DNA from: Candidatus Kerfeldbacteria bacterium
Lineage (GTDB): Bacteria > Patescibacteriota > Patescibacteriia > SBBC01
Length of the DNA stretch: 64,000 nt
Assembly: GCA_043799405.1 (NCBI GenBank)
Contig: JAZDNT010000003.1
Location: 207,461-271,460 of the forward strand
Direction: 5' to 3'
Shown here one piece after another: positions 27,127-36,764 of this stretch. The notes under the pieces are model-generated. The model worked only from the letters and a program-made list of their open reading frames with translations, made no database searches and was not told the origin of the DNA. The position numbers and the translations under genes are program-made. Numbering within the stretch: the stretch's first letter is position 1; the number at the start of each line of letters is the position of its first letter.

Positions 27127-28284
27127 CTACTGGTTCGTATTCGTTACGATACTGGAGTTGACGTTCGTATTCGTTACCGATGAAGCGGTGAGGTGGAAGC
27201 TCCGGTACATCACGATGAATGTCAACTTGAAGTTGACCTTGGTGAGCGCATTAGTGTTGTAGGAGATGATGTAGATCTTCGTCCCCTTCACGAAGTATAC
27301 CGTGCTCTCATCGAGGCTGATGACGCCGTCAAGACCGCTCATGGTCACGTCGATGATCTTCGTTGGATCAACGCCGGGGTTCAGGCTCAGGTAGTAGTTC
27401 TTAGCGGTCAGCTGCGACGGATTATCGAGTACGGTAACCTGGAAGAACTCGGGGGTTGCGCTGTCCGGAGTGATGATGACCGTTTTCTCATCCGTAGACG
27501 TTGCCTGCGTCAGCCAATTCTTCGGTACCCAGAGCGCGTAGCTGAACGTCGTGTTCGTGTAGGTCCGTATGACGCTGCATGACGAATCGTCGAGGCGCAC
27601 GCTGCCGGCTTTTGTCGGACAGTAACCGTTGTAGGTTTCACCCTCATACTTTCCGTTCGCGAGCTTTCGCATGCCGTCGATGAATCCGTCGCTATCACTA
27701 TCTTGGGCACTTGCGGTCGTACCGAACACCTGTTCTTCGATATCCGTGAGTCCGTCCGTATCTGTGTCGGTCGAAATCGGAAGTGGTGTACCAGTCGTTA
27801 TTGAGACGTTCGTATTTACGTTCGCATTCGCGTTCAAGTTTGTATTCAGGTTTGCATTCAGGTTTGTATTCAAGTTCAGGTTTGTATTCAGATTTGCATT
27901 CAGGTTTGCATTGAGGTTATCGTTCAGGTTCAGGTTCGTATTGAGGTTTGTATTCGCGTTTTCATTGACGTTGTATATGCTGTTCGTGTTCTCGTTGATG
28001 TTGACCGTCGCTACATTCTCGTTCGCCTCGTTCTTGTTCGACATTTTCGTGAAGTAGTACCATGCGCCCGCGCCAAGCCCACCGAGGACAACGGCGCTCA
28101 CCGCTGCTATAAGGATCTTCTTTCCGGCGCCTCCCGAACTGCGCGGAGCTCCGCCTGCTTCTCCGCCACCCGGTGCTCCTCCCGTATCGAGGAATCGCTC
28201 GGGCATGGTGTGAAAATCCTGCTGCGGTGCCGCAGGTTGGGCTTCCGGCGTCTGCTGGGGCATTTGTGGTTGATTCTCAAACAT
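27127..28284 (-). CDS. signal-anchored exoprotein with Asn-Leu repeat linker, TSP3-like calcium-binding repeats and a Y..W.P..W-type domain
   Basis: TM helix ILIAAVSAVVLGGLGAGAWYYF, then NLNTNLNLNDNLNANLNANLNTNLNLN.... Calcium-repeat segment DTDTDGLTDIEEQVFGT..DSDSDGFIDG. Domain segment TTFSYALWVPKNW. Confidence 0.7.
   Translation of the reverse strand: MFENQPQMPQQTPEAQPAAPQQDFHTMPERFLDTGGAPGGGEAGGAPRSSGGAGKKILIAAVSAVVLGGLGAGAWYYFTKMSNKNEANENVATVNINENTNSIYNVNENANTNLNTNLNLNDNLNANLNANLNTNLNLNTNLNANLNTNLNANANVNTNVSITTGTPLPISTDTDTDGLTDIEEQVFGTTASAQDSDSDGFIDGMRKLANGKYEGETYNGYCPTKAGSVRLDDSSCSVIRTYTNTTFSYALWVPKNWLTQATSTDEKTVIITPDSATPEFFQVTVLDNPSQLTAKNYYLSLNPGVDPTKIIDVTMSGLDGVISLDESTVYFVKGTKIYIISYNTNALTKVNFKLTFIVMYRSFHLTASSVTNTNVNSSIVTNTNQ
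27806..27975. repeat. imperfect 12-nt-periodic coding tandem repeat (Asn-x)n
   Basis: ttcaggtttgta / ttcaggtttgca / ttcaagttcagg units encode NLNTNLNANLN... inside the 27127..28284 ORF. Confidence 0.7.
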
Positions 28285-28346
28285 AGGTTGTTCTCCTTAT
28301 TGCTTTCGTGAAATAGCGGTGTTAGTTGTGAAAATAATTATTAGGA

Positions 28347-28772
28347 TTACGTATTAACGTTCGTTGCTGGAACTGGAGCGAACAATTTACTGCCGGTCGT
28401 CGGATCGATCCCTTTCTTAATCGCCTCACCGTCGTTTACCTTGAGGCTCCCTGAAATCGATTTACTTGGATTAGAGTGGTACTTCTCGACCTCGTCGAAA
28501 TCCGAGAGTCCATCCTTATCAGTATCCGGATTCGCAGGATTCGTACCCAGCTTCTGTTCCTCGGCGTCGGTCAGCCCGTCAGCATCTGCATCGAGGAGCG
28601 GCTGTGCGGCGCCGGTATTGAACGTAGTAGGTGCGCCGTTCGTTGTCGTCGTATTCGTTGTACTACCTGTCGTCGTCTTTTCCTTCCCGGATTGCATTAC
28701 CAGCGCCGTTCCACCGGCTACTAATACAGCCAGTACGATTATTATACCGAAAATGTATGATTTCTTCAACAT
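28347..28772 (-). CDS. small signal-anchored protein with TSP3-like calcium-binding repeats
   Basis: TM helix, Thr-rich linker, then DADADGLTDAEEQKLGTNPANPDTDKDGLSDFDEVEKYHSNP. Confidence 0.65.
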   Translation of the reverse strand: MLKKSYIFGIIIVLAVLVAGGTALVMQSGKEKTTTGSTTNTTTTNGAPTTFNTGAAQPLLDADADGLTDAEEQKLGTNPANPDTDKDGLSDFDEVEKYHSNPSKSISGSLKVNDGEAIKKGIDPTTGSKLFAPVPATNVNT

Positions 28773-28814
28773 TGTTATTTCCTAAGATTGATTGCTCATT
28801 TCGTTGATTATGCC

Positions 28815-31800
28815 TTATGGCCCGAAGCTGTAGTTAAAGCAGTCGCACTTCGAACCGGCAGGACACGGTGGGCCTGTGCCGCCTGGGAAGTTTATCCATG
28901 AGCTGGGTCCCGAATACTCGAGGTTAGCGTAGAGATTCGCCGTTAGCCCGTCCGGAGTAGTGTAGTAGCCGAAGATGTTGGCTGGACCTGGCTTGCAGAT
29001 GAACGTCTTGTTGAGCTCGCTCCAGCACGATCCGTCCTGCGACTGCGCCGTAGGGCAGTTCTGTATCGTATTCTTCGGATCGACGGGGAGTGACTGCTTC
29101 AGGTCGCCTCCAAGCGTCTTCTGCCACGACGGCCATACCGAGAATGACATGTTCGCAAGGTACGACCCTGCTCCGAGCTTCGGATACGTCTTGTTCACCG
29201 AACGGTACGCCCGAAGGTACTGTACGATGTCGGAAAGTCCTGCAACGCGCCTGAGGTCACGCTGTGCACAGATCTTCAGTGTTTCCTCTGGTTCCTCCGG
29301 ATTCGCATTAACGCCGCAGGCGCTCGCGAGCACAGGGTTGTTGTTGAAGAACCACGATTCGAGCATCTGGTTGTAGATGGAGATGATCTTCGCGTCCGCG
29401 CCGGCGTTGTACGACAGGATGAATATCTTCGAGTGGAGCTTGTTATCAAGATCGGCCAGGTCGCTCCCGCCGACGTAAACGGATGTGCCGTCCTGGATCC
29501 CGTCGTACCCGTCGACGCTCTTCGGGGCCGGCGCTGAGCGTGCTTTCGTTGCGTACTTCTTGTACCACTCGAGCGCCGAGAGGCCTTCGAAGTTATCGTA
29601 GATGCGCATGCCGATCGCATCCTTCGTCTGTATATTGCTCGGCTCCTTGAACAGGAACTCCTTAAGAAGAACGGGCTTCGACGAAACTCCCTCGGTCCTA
29701 TACTGAGTTACAGCCGTTACCGCAAGAACCGGAAACTCGGGGCACAGATTGTCGGTGCCGGCGCAGTTTTGTCCGACCCGCGAACCGCTCGTACATTTAT
29801 TTGTTATCTTATCGCATTTCCCAAGCTGACCGTCCCTGCAGTATCCGATGTTGAAGTGGTAGTCGGTGCATACTGCTCCAATGTTGACGATGGTACATTT
29901 ATTTTTTGCCGCAGAGGCAGGCGGATTATTACTATCCACATAACCATACGTATCCGTATTGATCGGGAACCACGGATTATTGCATGCGTTCACCGTGATC
30001 GTCGAAATGCCGGTTATAATATTAGTCTGACCGATCGGCCCGCCTTTAATCTGAGGTATCGGATTCACCATTGCCATCAAATATCCCTTTCCCTTAGCAG
30101 GGTTTGCTTCTACGATTGCCGTATCGACATCAGGGAATCCCGGCGTTTGAGGATGTATCAAGTCTGCAGGAGCAGAGAACTTGAACGGAGACCCGTTCTT
30201 TATATACCAGCTCCAAGACCACTCCAGCATACCCGGGACCTCGATCAGCTCGGTTCCTCTATCAGAGTAGGCATGCGCTGTAAAATCCTTTCCGCTCTCC
30301 TTTTTCGTCGGGTCCGAGGTCCAGAACGTCCATGCCGAAGGCTCTATGCCGACCCTTGAAACTTGGCACGGTCCGTCCATGTCCGCCGTCGTGAACGACC
30401 ACTGCGTCGCCGGCAGTGCCGCTCCTTCGGCACTCCGGATCCTCTGGACTTCACTGACCTGCCGTACTGATACCTCGTCGCACCATACATCGGTTCCGGG
30501 CGTGGCAAAGCACAAGATCTTCGGCGCAATGTTGGCCCCTGTATTGTTCGTTATGATATAGTCGATCTGCACCCAACCGGTATCCTGTCCAGGGAGTATC
30601 CATTTGAGTCCCGGGGCGTTATTATACAAATCAAACGTTTTTCCATCCTGATCGCATGGAGGTGCCCATATGTTTGACTTCCACGGATCGACCGTGCTCC
30701 AGCACTGTGTAATCAATCCTCCGACCGCATTAAACGGGCTCGCAGTGTTACGCAACCGGACCCATCCGGTCACACGGAACGACCGCTTTTGCGTCGAGTT
30801 CACGTCAAGCAGCTGGTATGCATAAAGGCTAGGTCGAGCACACTTTCCCATTGGATTCACTGTATTGCAGTCGTTATTAACGTTGCAGGGATTTCCCGCC
30901 AGTGGGCCGCTGCTCCCGTTGCAACGTTGGGTTGCGGCATCTAAATGTAACGATTTCGTTCCCGGCGTTACCTGATTGGATATATCAGGACTCTGGGTAA
31001 TGCTTGCAGCATATGCGGGATCCATTCCGACCCAACCGGTTGGGAACGTACCAGACCCGTCTTCAAAGTTACCGTTCCTAACGAGCTCCCCTCCTTCACT
31101 CAAAGAAACGGAGTAGGTCGTGTTCCTCTCAAGCAGACCGGCATCGAACGACATTGTAAACGATTTTTTATTGTACGAGATCTTCGCTGACTCTACGGCT
31201 ATATTGCCCTTTAATTTATCATCATAACGGTAGAGGTGCGCCGTACTCTTGTTGATCGTCGTCGGGTCCATAGCCATGTCGAACTCCGCGCTCACGAGCG
31301 AGTTCCGGCAGACGTCCGTCTTCCCATCCGGCGGCTGCTTATCAATGACTTTCGGGATGGCGGCGCAGCACCCGCTGTATCCGCACCCCTTTCCCGCTCC
31401 GCACTCGATATCGTTCACGCACGCAACACACCCCGGCGGCAGCACGTCGAAGTTCACCGTATTGCTCCACTCGGATGTTCCGGCTACTACGTTCGCTCTG
31501 ATCTCTGTATGCCAGCTCCAAAAATTACCAGCCGGATACGCATAGCTCTCCTCGACGTTGTTCGCAATATCCGCCGGCGCAGGAGTTACGATCTGGATAT
31601 CAGACCACGACGCAACAGGGGTCGACTCTTTTTCCTTATAGAAGAAGATCTTGCTCATGTTCTGCTGTGCGCCGAAGTTCTGCCCTGTGAGCTTTACCTT
31701 TGTCCCGGTCGAGCCGCGAGACGGTTCAGCGCGGCAGATGCCCGGCATCTTCGTATTGTCCACGTCGTATAAGGTCGTAGACGGTAATGACTGAGCGTCC

Positions 31801-34800
31801 CACCGGAATACCCGTATCGGACCATCTGTTGCATCGTCATTGGTGACGCGGTTCGGCACTTCCGCGGTGATATGACATGTGTAGAAGTTCGAACATGTCC
31901 AGTTAATCGGTCCGCAGCGCTTAGTGTCCGGCCATAATGCGAGCTTGCCTGGCGTGAACTGAACTGCGCTCCCATCCATGCACAAACCATAGGTCGCACC
32001 ATCAAAGCAGTCGAGGTTGGAATCGCACAGATCCCCTTCCTTGATCATTCTGCACTTCCCTTTCACGTAGTTTCCGAAGTAGCATCCGTCGATCCCGACC
32101 CACGTACCGATATCGCCGTGAGCCGGCGAAAAGCTCTTGATGTACGGCGTACAGCGGTGCGATTGTTTATTGCATATGCTACCTGTACAGCCGTTCTTCT
32201 GGCACGTTGCATCGTCGTTGCAGTAGGAAAAATCAGTGACGAGTATTCCGGCACCGCTCTTTGCTACGCCATCCTTATCGCCGTGCGCTTCAACGGTGAA
32301 TTTGTCCGGAACCGATTCGTTCTTCGCAGTCACGACCTGCTGCCACGGATTCGCGCCTGGAGCAAGCGTAATATACTCAAAACCTGGGGCGCGCGGCGGC
32401 GCAGTCCCCGTCGAGGTCCAGGGCGACCAGTTCGTCGACGCCGTCATGGGCTGCCCCGAAGCGCTGCAGTCATTCGGTTCGGTATATGATTCTGCAGTGT
32501 AGGGCTTTGTCTCGTCGAGCGTGTGCATCGCGTAGGTTGCAGGATTCACAACGACCCTGTCGAGCTTGCATCCTTCAGCTCCGATCTTCGTTGTCCGAAA
32601 CGTCCATGAAAAAGCGTCATTGTTCCCTGCTCCCGGCGCAAAGCGGTAGTTAAGGCCGCCGAGCGTACCGTCGTTCGGAGTGGTCGCACCCTTGATCGTA
32701 TCGAGGAGCACGACGCGGTACCATTTGCTCGCATCGAGGTTCGCCTGCGGGATTATTCTGACAATAGTCGGTTCTGTTGTAATAGTAACAGCGACGTCCA
32801 GATCGAATTTAGTGCACTTATCGTCAGTACAGCGACGCAGTAAGACGGAAGCGACTGTTAACGAGCCTTGATCGATCTCGGCGTTTTTATCAGCAAAACC
32901 GAATTTCGCACCAATGTCTGCGGTAAGGCACGACGCTGAACAGTTGGGCCAGTGATCGGCAACAACGGGTTGTCCGGGAGGAATTGGGGTGACCTCGTAG
33001 TTCAAACTATTTGAATCTCCCTTGTCGTTCTCTATCCAGACCGGATAGATGTTCGGCGCTATATCCGGCACGGTAATACCAGTGATGCGCGTATCATTCC
33101 ATGAGGGCGCCGAGAGGTTTTGTGTATCAAAGTGAACGATCTTCGTCGCCTGGGTATCGCTGCCAAACCGTCTCCCGATTGCGTTAAACTGCGATCCAAC
33201 GATCCCCTTGTCCGGTTCGAGCGACAGGAGGCAGGCTGCAGTCGAAGCTGGACCCGGTATCTTTTCCCAGTTTGGTACCGTATCAGTGCTTTCGAGGATG
33301 CCGAACGGATCAGGGAATTTGCTCTTTACCTTGAACGTCTTCGGTCCAATGGCTCCGCCTGCCGGGACTTCAGCTGCGACCTGTACGTCGCTCCACTTTC
33401 CGAGGTTCGCATCAGGAATATTCGCACCTTCATACTGGAGGTCGTCGACGTCGCCGGCGCTTCCGGTTCCGTCGCGCAATGCCCCATCCTTGTTGCCGTC
33501 GAAGTTGTACCCGTGCACGGTAACGCACTGGCCGTCAGTCCCCTTTTCTGGATCGATCGACGTGATGACCGGCGGATCAGCGCACTTGTCCGGTTCCTTG
33601 ACTTTGAACGACCATCCCTTCTTTGCATCGCTGTTGTAGTCGCCGCCCCACAAATCGGTGCTCGTCCCCCAGCTTAACGTCGTTGCTTTGTCGTCAATCA
33701 CAAAGTTGTTCGCAATGCCAACGTCATACGTCGTGTTCGGCGTCAGGTTCGGCGTAACAGGGAACGAATACACCTTGCAGTAGTTCGCCGGATTGACTTT
33801 TGAACAGTCGCCTCCGGGGCACGGGTCATCAATCCGTATCGTACCTTCCTTCCCGCTAAAAGCATTCGTCGATGTCCTAAAGGTATACCCGGTGACGTGT
33901 CCGCCGCCCCCACCTGCGACATCACAGCTGCCGTTCTCCGAATTGTACATTGATACGGTGTAGCGGATGAACGCAGGCGTTGAAGGGCACGAATTATCGT
34001 ATCCGTCCGGCGGATAGACCGAAGCATTAGGCACGACGTCGTTCGTCTCGAACACCCACTCGAACGGATTAGGCTTCTGTAAATTACTGCAGAGGTCGAT
34101 GACGCCGCCGACGCTCACCTTGTACCACGTGAACTTCTCGAGCATCCTGAAATCAGGGCAATCTGTATCGACTTTGCACGCCTCATTTTTTTCCGAGCCT
34201 CCAAGACACTTATTCGTTGCGCCGGTATCACACTTGTCGTGCTGCTTCATCTGGATGAAGAGCGAGCGTCCGTCGCCTCCGGGGTATACTGTGTAGTCAG
34301 CCGGATCGAGTGGACCAAGAAGCGTTCCGCCTGTTCCAGTTACCGGGTCTGGCGTAGGCTTAGTACTGTCGAATGGTGTAATCGTAACCGATGTCGGCGG
34401 AAGGACTGCCTTGCTGTAGTGCAGGTTGATCGTCGGAGTCCGCGGTACGCTCCGATCCGGCTGGAATTTCGCACCGAACTGCGGTAGGTACCGGATATCT
34501 GGGTAACCGTTGGTTACGACTGGGCTCTGCGTGTCAACGTCCTCGCCGGTCTGCATTGTCCAGGTGTACTCTGTATTATTATCGAAACAATCAGTGGCCA
34601 AACAATCGCTGAGTGCCTTGCCTTTCGTATCTATGAGCGTTTTCGGGATCGTAACACGGAACCACGTGAACTTATCGAAGAGCGTCTTAATGTGAAAGAA
34701 GGTAATGTTCTTTCCTGAATTGTCGAGGCGCGCAGCCCACGAAGCGCCTTTCTGTATATCGGTTGAGTACGTTCCTGACGCTGCATTGACGAACTGCTGG

Positions 34801-35522
34801 GGGTCGACTCCGACATTACCAAGGATACCGTCAAGGGCAGAGTCGCCTACTACCGGCACTACGTCTGCGTCTGCACAGTTCTCTGCTCCGTCAACACCAG
34901 TGCACTGTTCAACGATGAGCCCAGCATTTTTCACTGCATTCTCGACTGATAGGCCGGTTAACGTATGATTGAACGTAATGTTAATAGCGCTGCAGATGAA
35001 TACGTCGTGGCGGTAGTCTTCGAGGTCGGCGTTCTTGCAGTCCGTCGTTATCGAGCGGATCTCGAGTCCGATATCCGGAGGCCAAGGACATTTCGGATCT
35101 CCCTGCACACAAGGAATAGAGCCGGGACCGCCTCCGCTCGTTGCGCCGGTAATGAACTTCGTAACAAAAATGACGATCGCCCATGAGATGAGGACGATGA
35201 CCAAACCGATGACAGCGTTAATAATGATGCGCTTCGCTTTCTGTATCTTTTCGACATTGCCCGCTGCCGTGAGCCAGATGAAGCCGCCGTAGATGATGAA
35301 CGAAACAGCAACGAGCGCGAGGATACCGAGCACCCACTTGATGATATTGATAACGGTCGTCTTGAGGTCTGCGGTGCCGAGCCCGACCGAACCCCCTATG
35401 TCGTCAGCGATCGTATAGGGAGTCGCGTGTACGACGCGCATGCCGATGAACAGCGCGCCGATAAGACACACGACCGCGAGCAACGTCAGCGACAGTACCC
35501 TCTGTTTTTTTATCCGCTCCAT
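28815..35522 (-). CDS. giant surface protein (2,235 aa): VirB2/TrbC-pilin-like membrane module, Cys-rich knots, IPT/TIG-like domains, CBM-like segment and pseudopilin-like C-terminus
   Basis: Uninterrupted 6.7-kb ORF. N-terminus DLKTTVINIIKWVLGILALVAVSFIIYGGFIWLTAAGNVEKIQKAKRIIINAVIGLVIVLISW. IPT-like segments PVITSIDPEKGTDGQCVTVHGYNFDG, LSLEPDKGIVGSQFNAIGRRFG, IKSFSPAHGDIGTWVGIDGCYFG and RAEPSRGSTGTKVKLTGQNFG. CBM-like NGNFEDGSGTFPTGW. C-terminal LPVDPKN plus Cys pairs. Confidence 0.8.
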   Translation of the reverse strand: MERIKKQRVLSLTLLAVVCLIGALFIGMRVVHATPYTIADDIGGSVGLGTADLKTTVINIIKWVLGILALVAVSFIIYGGFIWLTAAGNVEKIQKAKRIIINAVIGLVIVLISWAIVIFVTKFITGATSGGGPGSIPCVQGDPKCPWPPDIGLEIRSITTDCKNADLEDYRHDVFICSAINITFNHTLTGLSVENAVKNAGLIVEQCTGVDGAENCADADVVPVVGDSALDGILGNVGVDPQQFVNAASGTYSTDIQKGASWAARLDNSGKNITFFHIKTLFDKFTWFRVTIPKTLIDTKGKALSDCLATDCFDNNTEYTWTMQTGEDVDTQSPVVTNGYPDIRYLPQFGAKFQPDRSVPRTPTINLHYSKAVLPPTSVTITPFDSTKPTPDPVTGTGGTLLGPLDPADYTVYPGGDGRSLFIQMKQHDKCDTGATNKCLGGSEKNEACKVDTDCPDFRMLEKFTWYKVSVGGVIDLCSNLQKPNPFEWVFETNDVVPNASVYPPDGYDNSCPSTPAFIRYTVSMYNSENGSCDVAGGGGGHVTGYTFRTSTNAFSGKEGTIRIDDPCPGGDCSKVNPANYCKVYSFPVTPNLTPNTTYDVGIANNFVIDDKATTLSWGTSTDLWGGDYNSDAKKGWSFKVKEPDKCADPPVITSIDPEKGTDGQCVTVHGYNFDGNKDGALRDGTGSAGDVDDLQYEGANIPDANLGKWSDVQVAAEVPAGGAIGPKTFKVKSKFPDPFGILESTDTVPNWEKIPGPASTAACLLSLEPDKGIVGSQFNAIGRRFGSDTQATKIVHFDTQNLSAPSWNDTRITGITVPDIAPNIYPVWIENDKGDSNSLNYEVTPIPPGQPVVADHWPNCSASCLTADIGAKFGFADKNAEIDQGSLTVASVLLRRCTDDKCTKFDLDVAVTITTEPTIVRIIPQANLDASKWYRVVLLDTIKGATTPNDGTLGGLNYRFAPGAGNNDAFSWTFRTTKIGAEGCKLDRVVVNPATYAMHTLDETKPYTAESYTEPNDCSASGQPMTASTNWSPWTSTGTAPPRAPGFEYITLAPGANPWQQVVTAKNESVPDKFTVEAHGDKDGVAKSGAGILVTDFSYCNDDATCQKNGCTGSICNKQSHRCTPYIKSFSPAHGDIGTWVGIDGCYFGNYVKGKCRMIKEGDLCDSNLDCFDGATYGLCMDGSAVQFTPGKLALWPDTKRCGPINWTCSNFYTCHITAEVPNRVTNDDATDGPIRVFRWDAQSLPSTTLYDVDNTKMPGICRAEPSRGSTGTKVKLTGQNFGAQQNMSKIFFYKEKESTPVASWSDIQIVTPAPADIANNVEESYAYPAGNFWSWHTEIRANVVAGTSEWSNTVNFDVLPPGCVACVNDIECGAGKGCGYSGCCAAIPKVIDKQPPDGKTDVCRNSLVSAEFDMAMDPTTINKSTAHLYRYDDKLKGNIAVESAKISYNKKSFTMSFDAGLLERNTTYSVSLSEGGELVRNGNFEDGSGTFPTGWVGMDPAYAASITQSPDISNQVTPGTKSLHLDAATQRCNGSSGPLAGNPCNVNNDCNTVNPMGKCARPSLYAYQLLDVNSTQKRSFRVTGWVRLRNTASPFNAVGGLITQCWSTVDPWKSNIWAPPCDQDGKTFDLYNNAPGLKWILPGQDTGWVQIDYIITNNTGANIAPKILCFATPGTDVWCDEVSVRQVSEVQRIRSAEGAALPATQWSFTTADMDGPCQVSRVGIEPSAWTFWTSDPTKKESGKDFTAHAYSDRGTELIEVPGMLEWSWSWYIKNGSPFKFSAPADLIHPQTPGFPDVDTAIVEANPAKGKGYLMAMVNPIPQIKGGPIGQTNIITGISTITVNACNNPWFPINTDTYGYVDSNNPPASAAKNKCTIVNIGAVCTDYHFNIGYCRDGQLGKCDKITNKCTSGSRVGQNCAGTDNLCPEFPVLAVTAVTQYRTEGVSSKPVLLKEFLFKEPSNIQTKDAIGMRIYDNFEGLSALEWYKKYATKARSAPAPKSVDGYDGIQDGTSVYVGGSDLADLDNKLHSKIFILSYNAGADAKIISIYNQMLESWFFNNNPVLASACGVNANPEEPEETLKICAQRDLRRVAGLSDIVQYLRAYRSVNKTYPKLGAGSYLANMSFSVWPSWQKTLGGDLKQSLPVDPKNTIQNCPTAQSQDGSCWSELNKTFICKPGPANIFGYYTTPDGLTANLYANLEYSGPSSWINFPGGTGPPCPAGSKCDCFNYSFGP

Positions 35523-35540
35523 TGTGAAAAAATTATTTGT

Positions 35541-35987
35541 TTACGCACCGAGCACGCGGCGTACGACCGCCTGTACGGAAGCTCCGTCCGCGCGTCCCTT
35601 CACCTTCGGCATGACCGCACCCATGACTTTTCCCATTGACGACGAATCTTTTGCGCCAAGCGTCGTAGCGGCCTCTGTAACGAGCTTCGTTAGTTCGTCC
35701 TCGGAGAGCGGCGCAGGAAGGTATTTGCGGTAAGCCGTCACGTCGTCCTGCTCGTGGGCAGCGAGGTCGTTCCTTCCGGCTTTAGTGTACTGCGCGCTCG
35801 CGTCATTGCGGCGCTTCGATTCCCGTGCGATGATCTCAACGGTCTCCTCGTCCGTCATTTCGCGGCCGATCTCGATCTCACGATTCTTTATCGCCGACTT
35901 CAGCATCCGGAGCGCCGATACGACAGAACGGTCGTTCGCCTTGAACGCTTTTTTGTAGTCGGCTTCGATGGTCGACTGTATGCTCAT
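35541..35987 (-). CDS. yqeY: GatB/YqeY-domain protein
   Basis: IEADYKKAFKANDRSVVSALRMLKSAIKNREIE... is typical YqeY. Has a 4-nt overlap with rpsU. Confidence 0.85.
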   Translation of the reverse strand: MSIQSTIEADYKKAFKANDRSVVSALRMLKSAIKNREIEIGREMTDEETVEIIARESKRRNDASAQYTKAGRNDLAAHEQDDVTAYRKYLPAPLSEDELTKLVTEAATTLGAKDSSSMGKVMGAVMPKVKGRADGASVQAVVRRVLGA

Positions 35988-36271
35988 GTTCGCACAGGAA
36001 TACGCGGAAGGGGTTTCGGTCTCTTACCGAAACGGCCAACGCGCGTTTCATCGAGCTTTCCTATCTTTCGGAGGTACTCCTTCCGTTCGCGGATCGACTT
36101 CCTTCGGATCGCGTCTTCCCGTGTTTCCCGTTTCGTTTTCGGGGATTCGAAGAACCGCGCTCGCTTTGCACGCAGAAGAACGCCGCTCTGCTGAACCCGT
36201 TTGGTAAAGCGTCGGAGGAGACTCTCGACTGATTCGCCTTCTTTTCTCTTAACCTCAACCAAGCGTGCCAC
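35984..36271 (-). CDS. rpsU: 30S ribosomal protein S21
   Basis: VEVKRKEGESVESLLRRFTKRVQQSGVLLRAKRARFFESP. AAGGAGGTG lies immediately upstream. Confidence 0.9.
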   Translation of the reverse strand: MARLVEVKRKEGESVESLLRRFTKRVQQSGVLLRAKRARFFESPKTKRETREDAIRRKSIRERKEYLRKIGKLDETRVGRFGKRPKPLPRIPVRT

Positions 36272-36422
36272 CTCCTTTAGCGACTGAAACCGACGGTTTC
36301 ATCAGTAGGATGTGTAAAAATATCGTCGTGAGTATACCACGGAAAGCTCCGTTCGTCAAAAAAGTAAATATATTCTAAAAATAGGAAAAAGAAAGCCTTT
36401 TTATACTATGCCGAGAGCTATC

Positions 36423-36761
36423 CTAAGCCATTGCGCCAAGCTTTTTCCCACCGATGATATGCAAGTGGATATGATCGACGACCTGGCCGCCGTGCGATCG
36501 TACGTTAAACACAAGCCTATACCCCTTGGTAGCTATCCCCTGCTGCTCTGCGATCTGTCGTGCCCGGAGGACCATCTCTCCGACGAGTTGCTCATCAATC
36601 TCGGTAAGCTCTGCGACAGACGCAATGTGCTTCCGCGGAACAAGCAGGATATGAAGAGGAGCAACCGGCCGTATATCTGAGAATGCGACTAAATGATCGT
36701 CTTCGAAGACCTTATTCGAAGGAACGGCTCCCGAAGCGATCCTGCAAAAGAGGCACTCCAT
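36423..36761 (-). CDS. HIT-family nucleotide hydrolase/transferase
   Basis: CLFCRI...HILLVPRKH...GGQVVDHIHLHIIGG contains the histidine triad. Confidence 0.9.
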   Translation of the reverse strand: MECLFCRIASGAVPSNKVFEDDHLVAFSDIRPVAPLHILLVPRKHIASVAELTEIDEQLVGEMVLRARQIAEQQGIATKGYRLVFNVRSHGGQVVDHIHLHIIGGKKLGAMA

Positions 36762-36764
36762 ACG

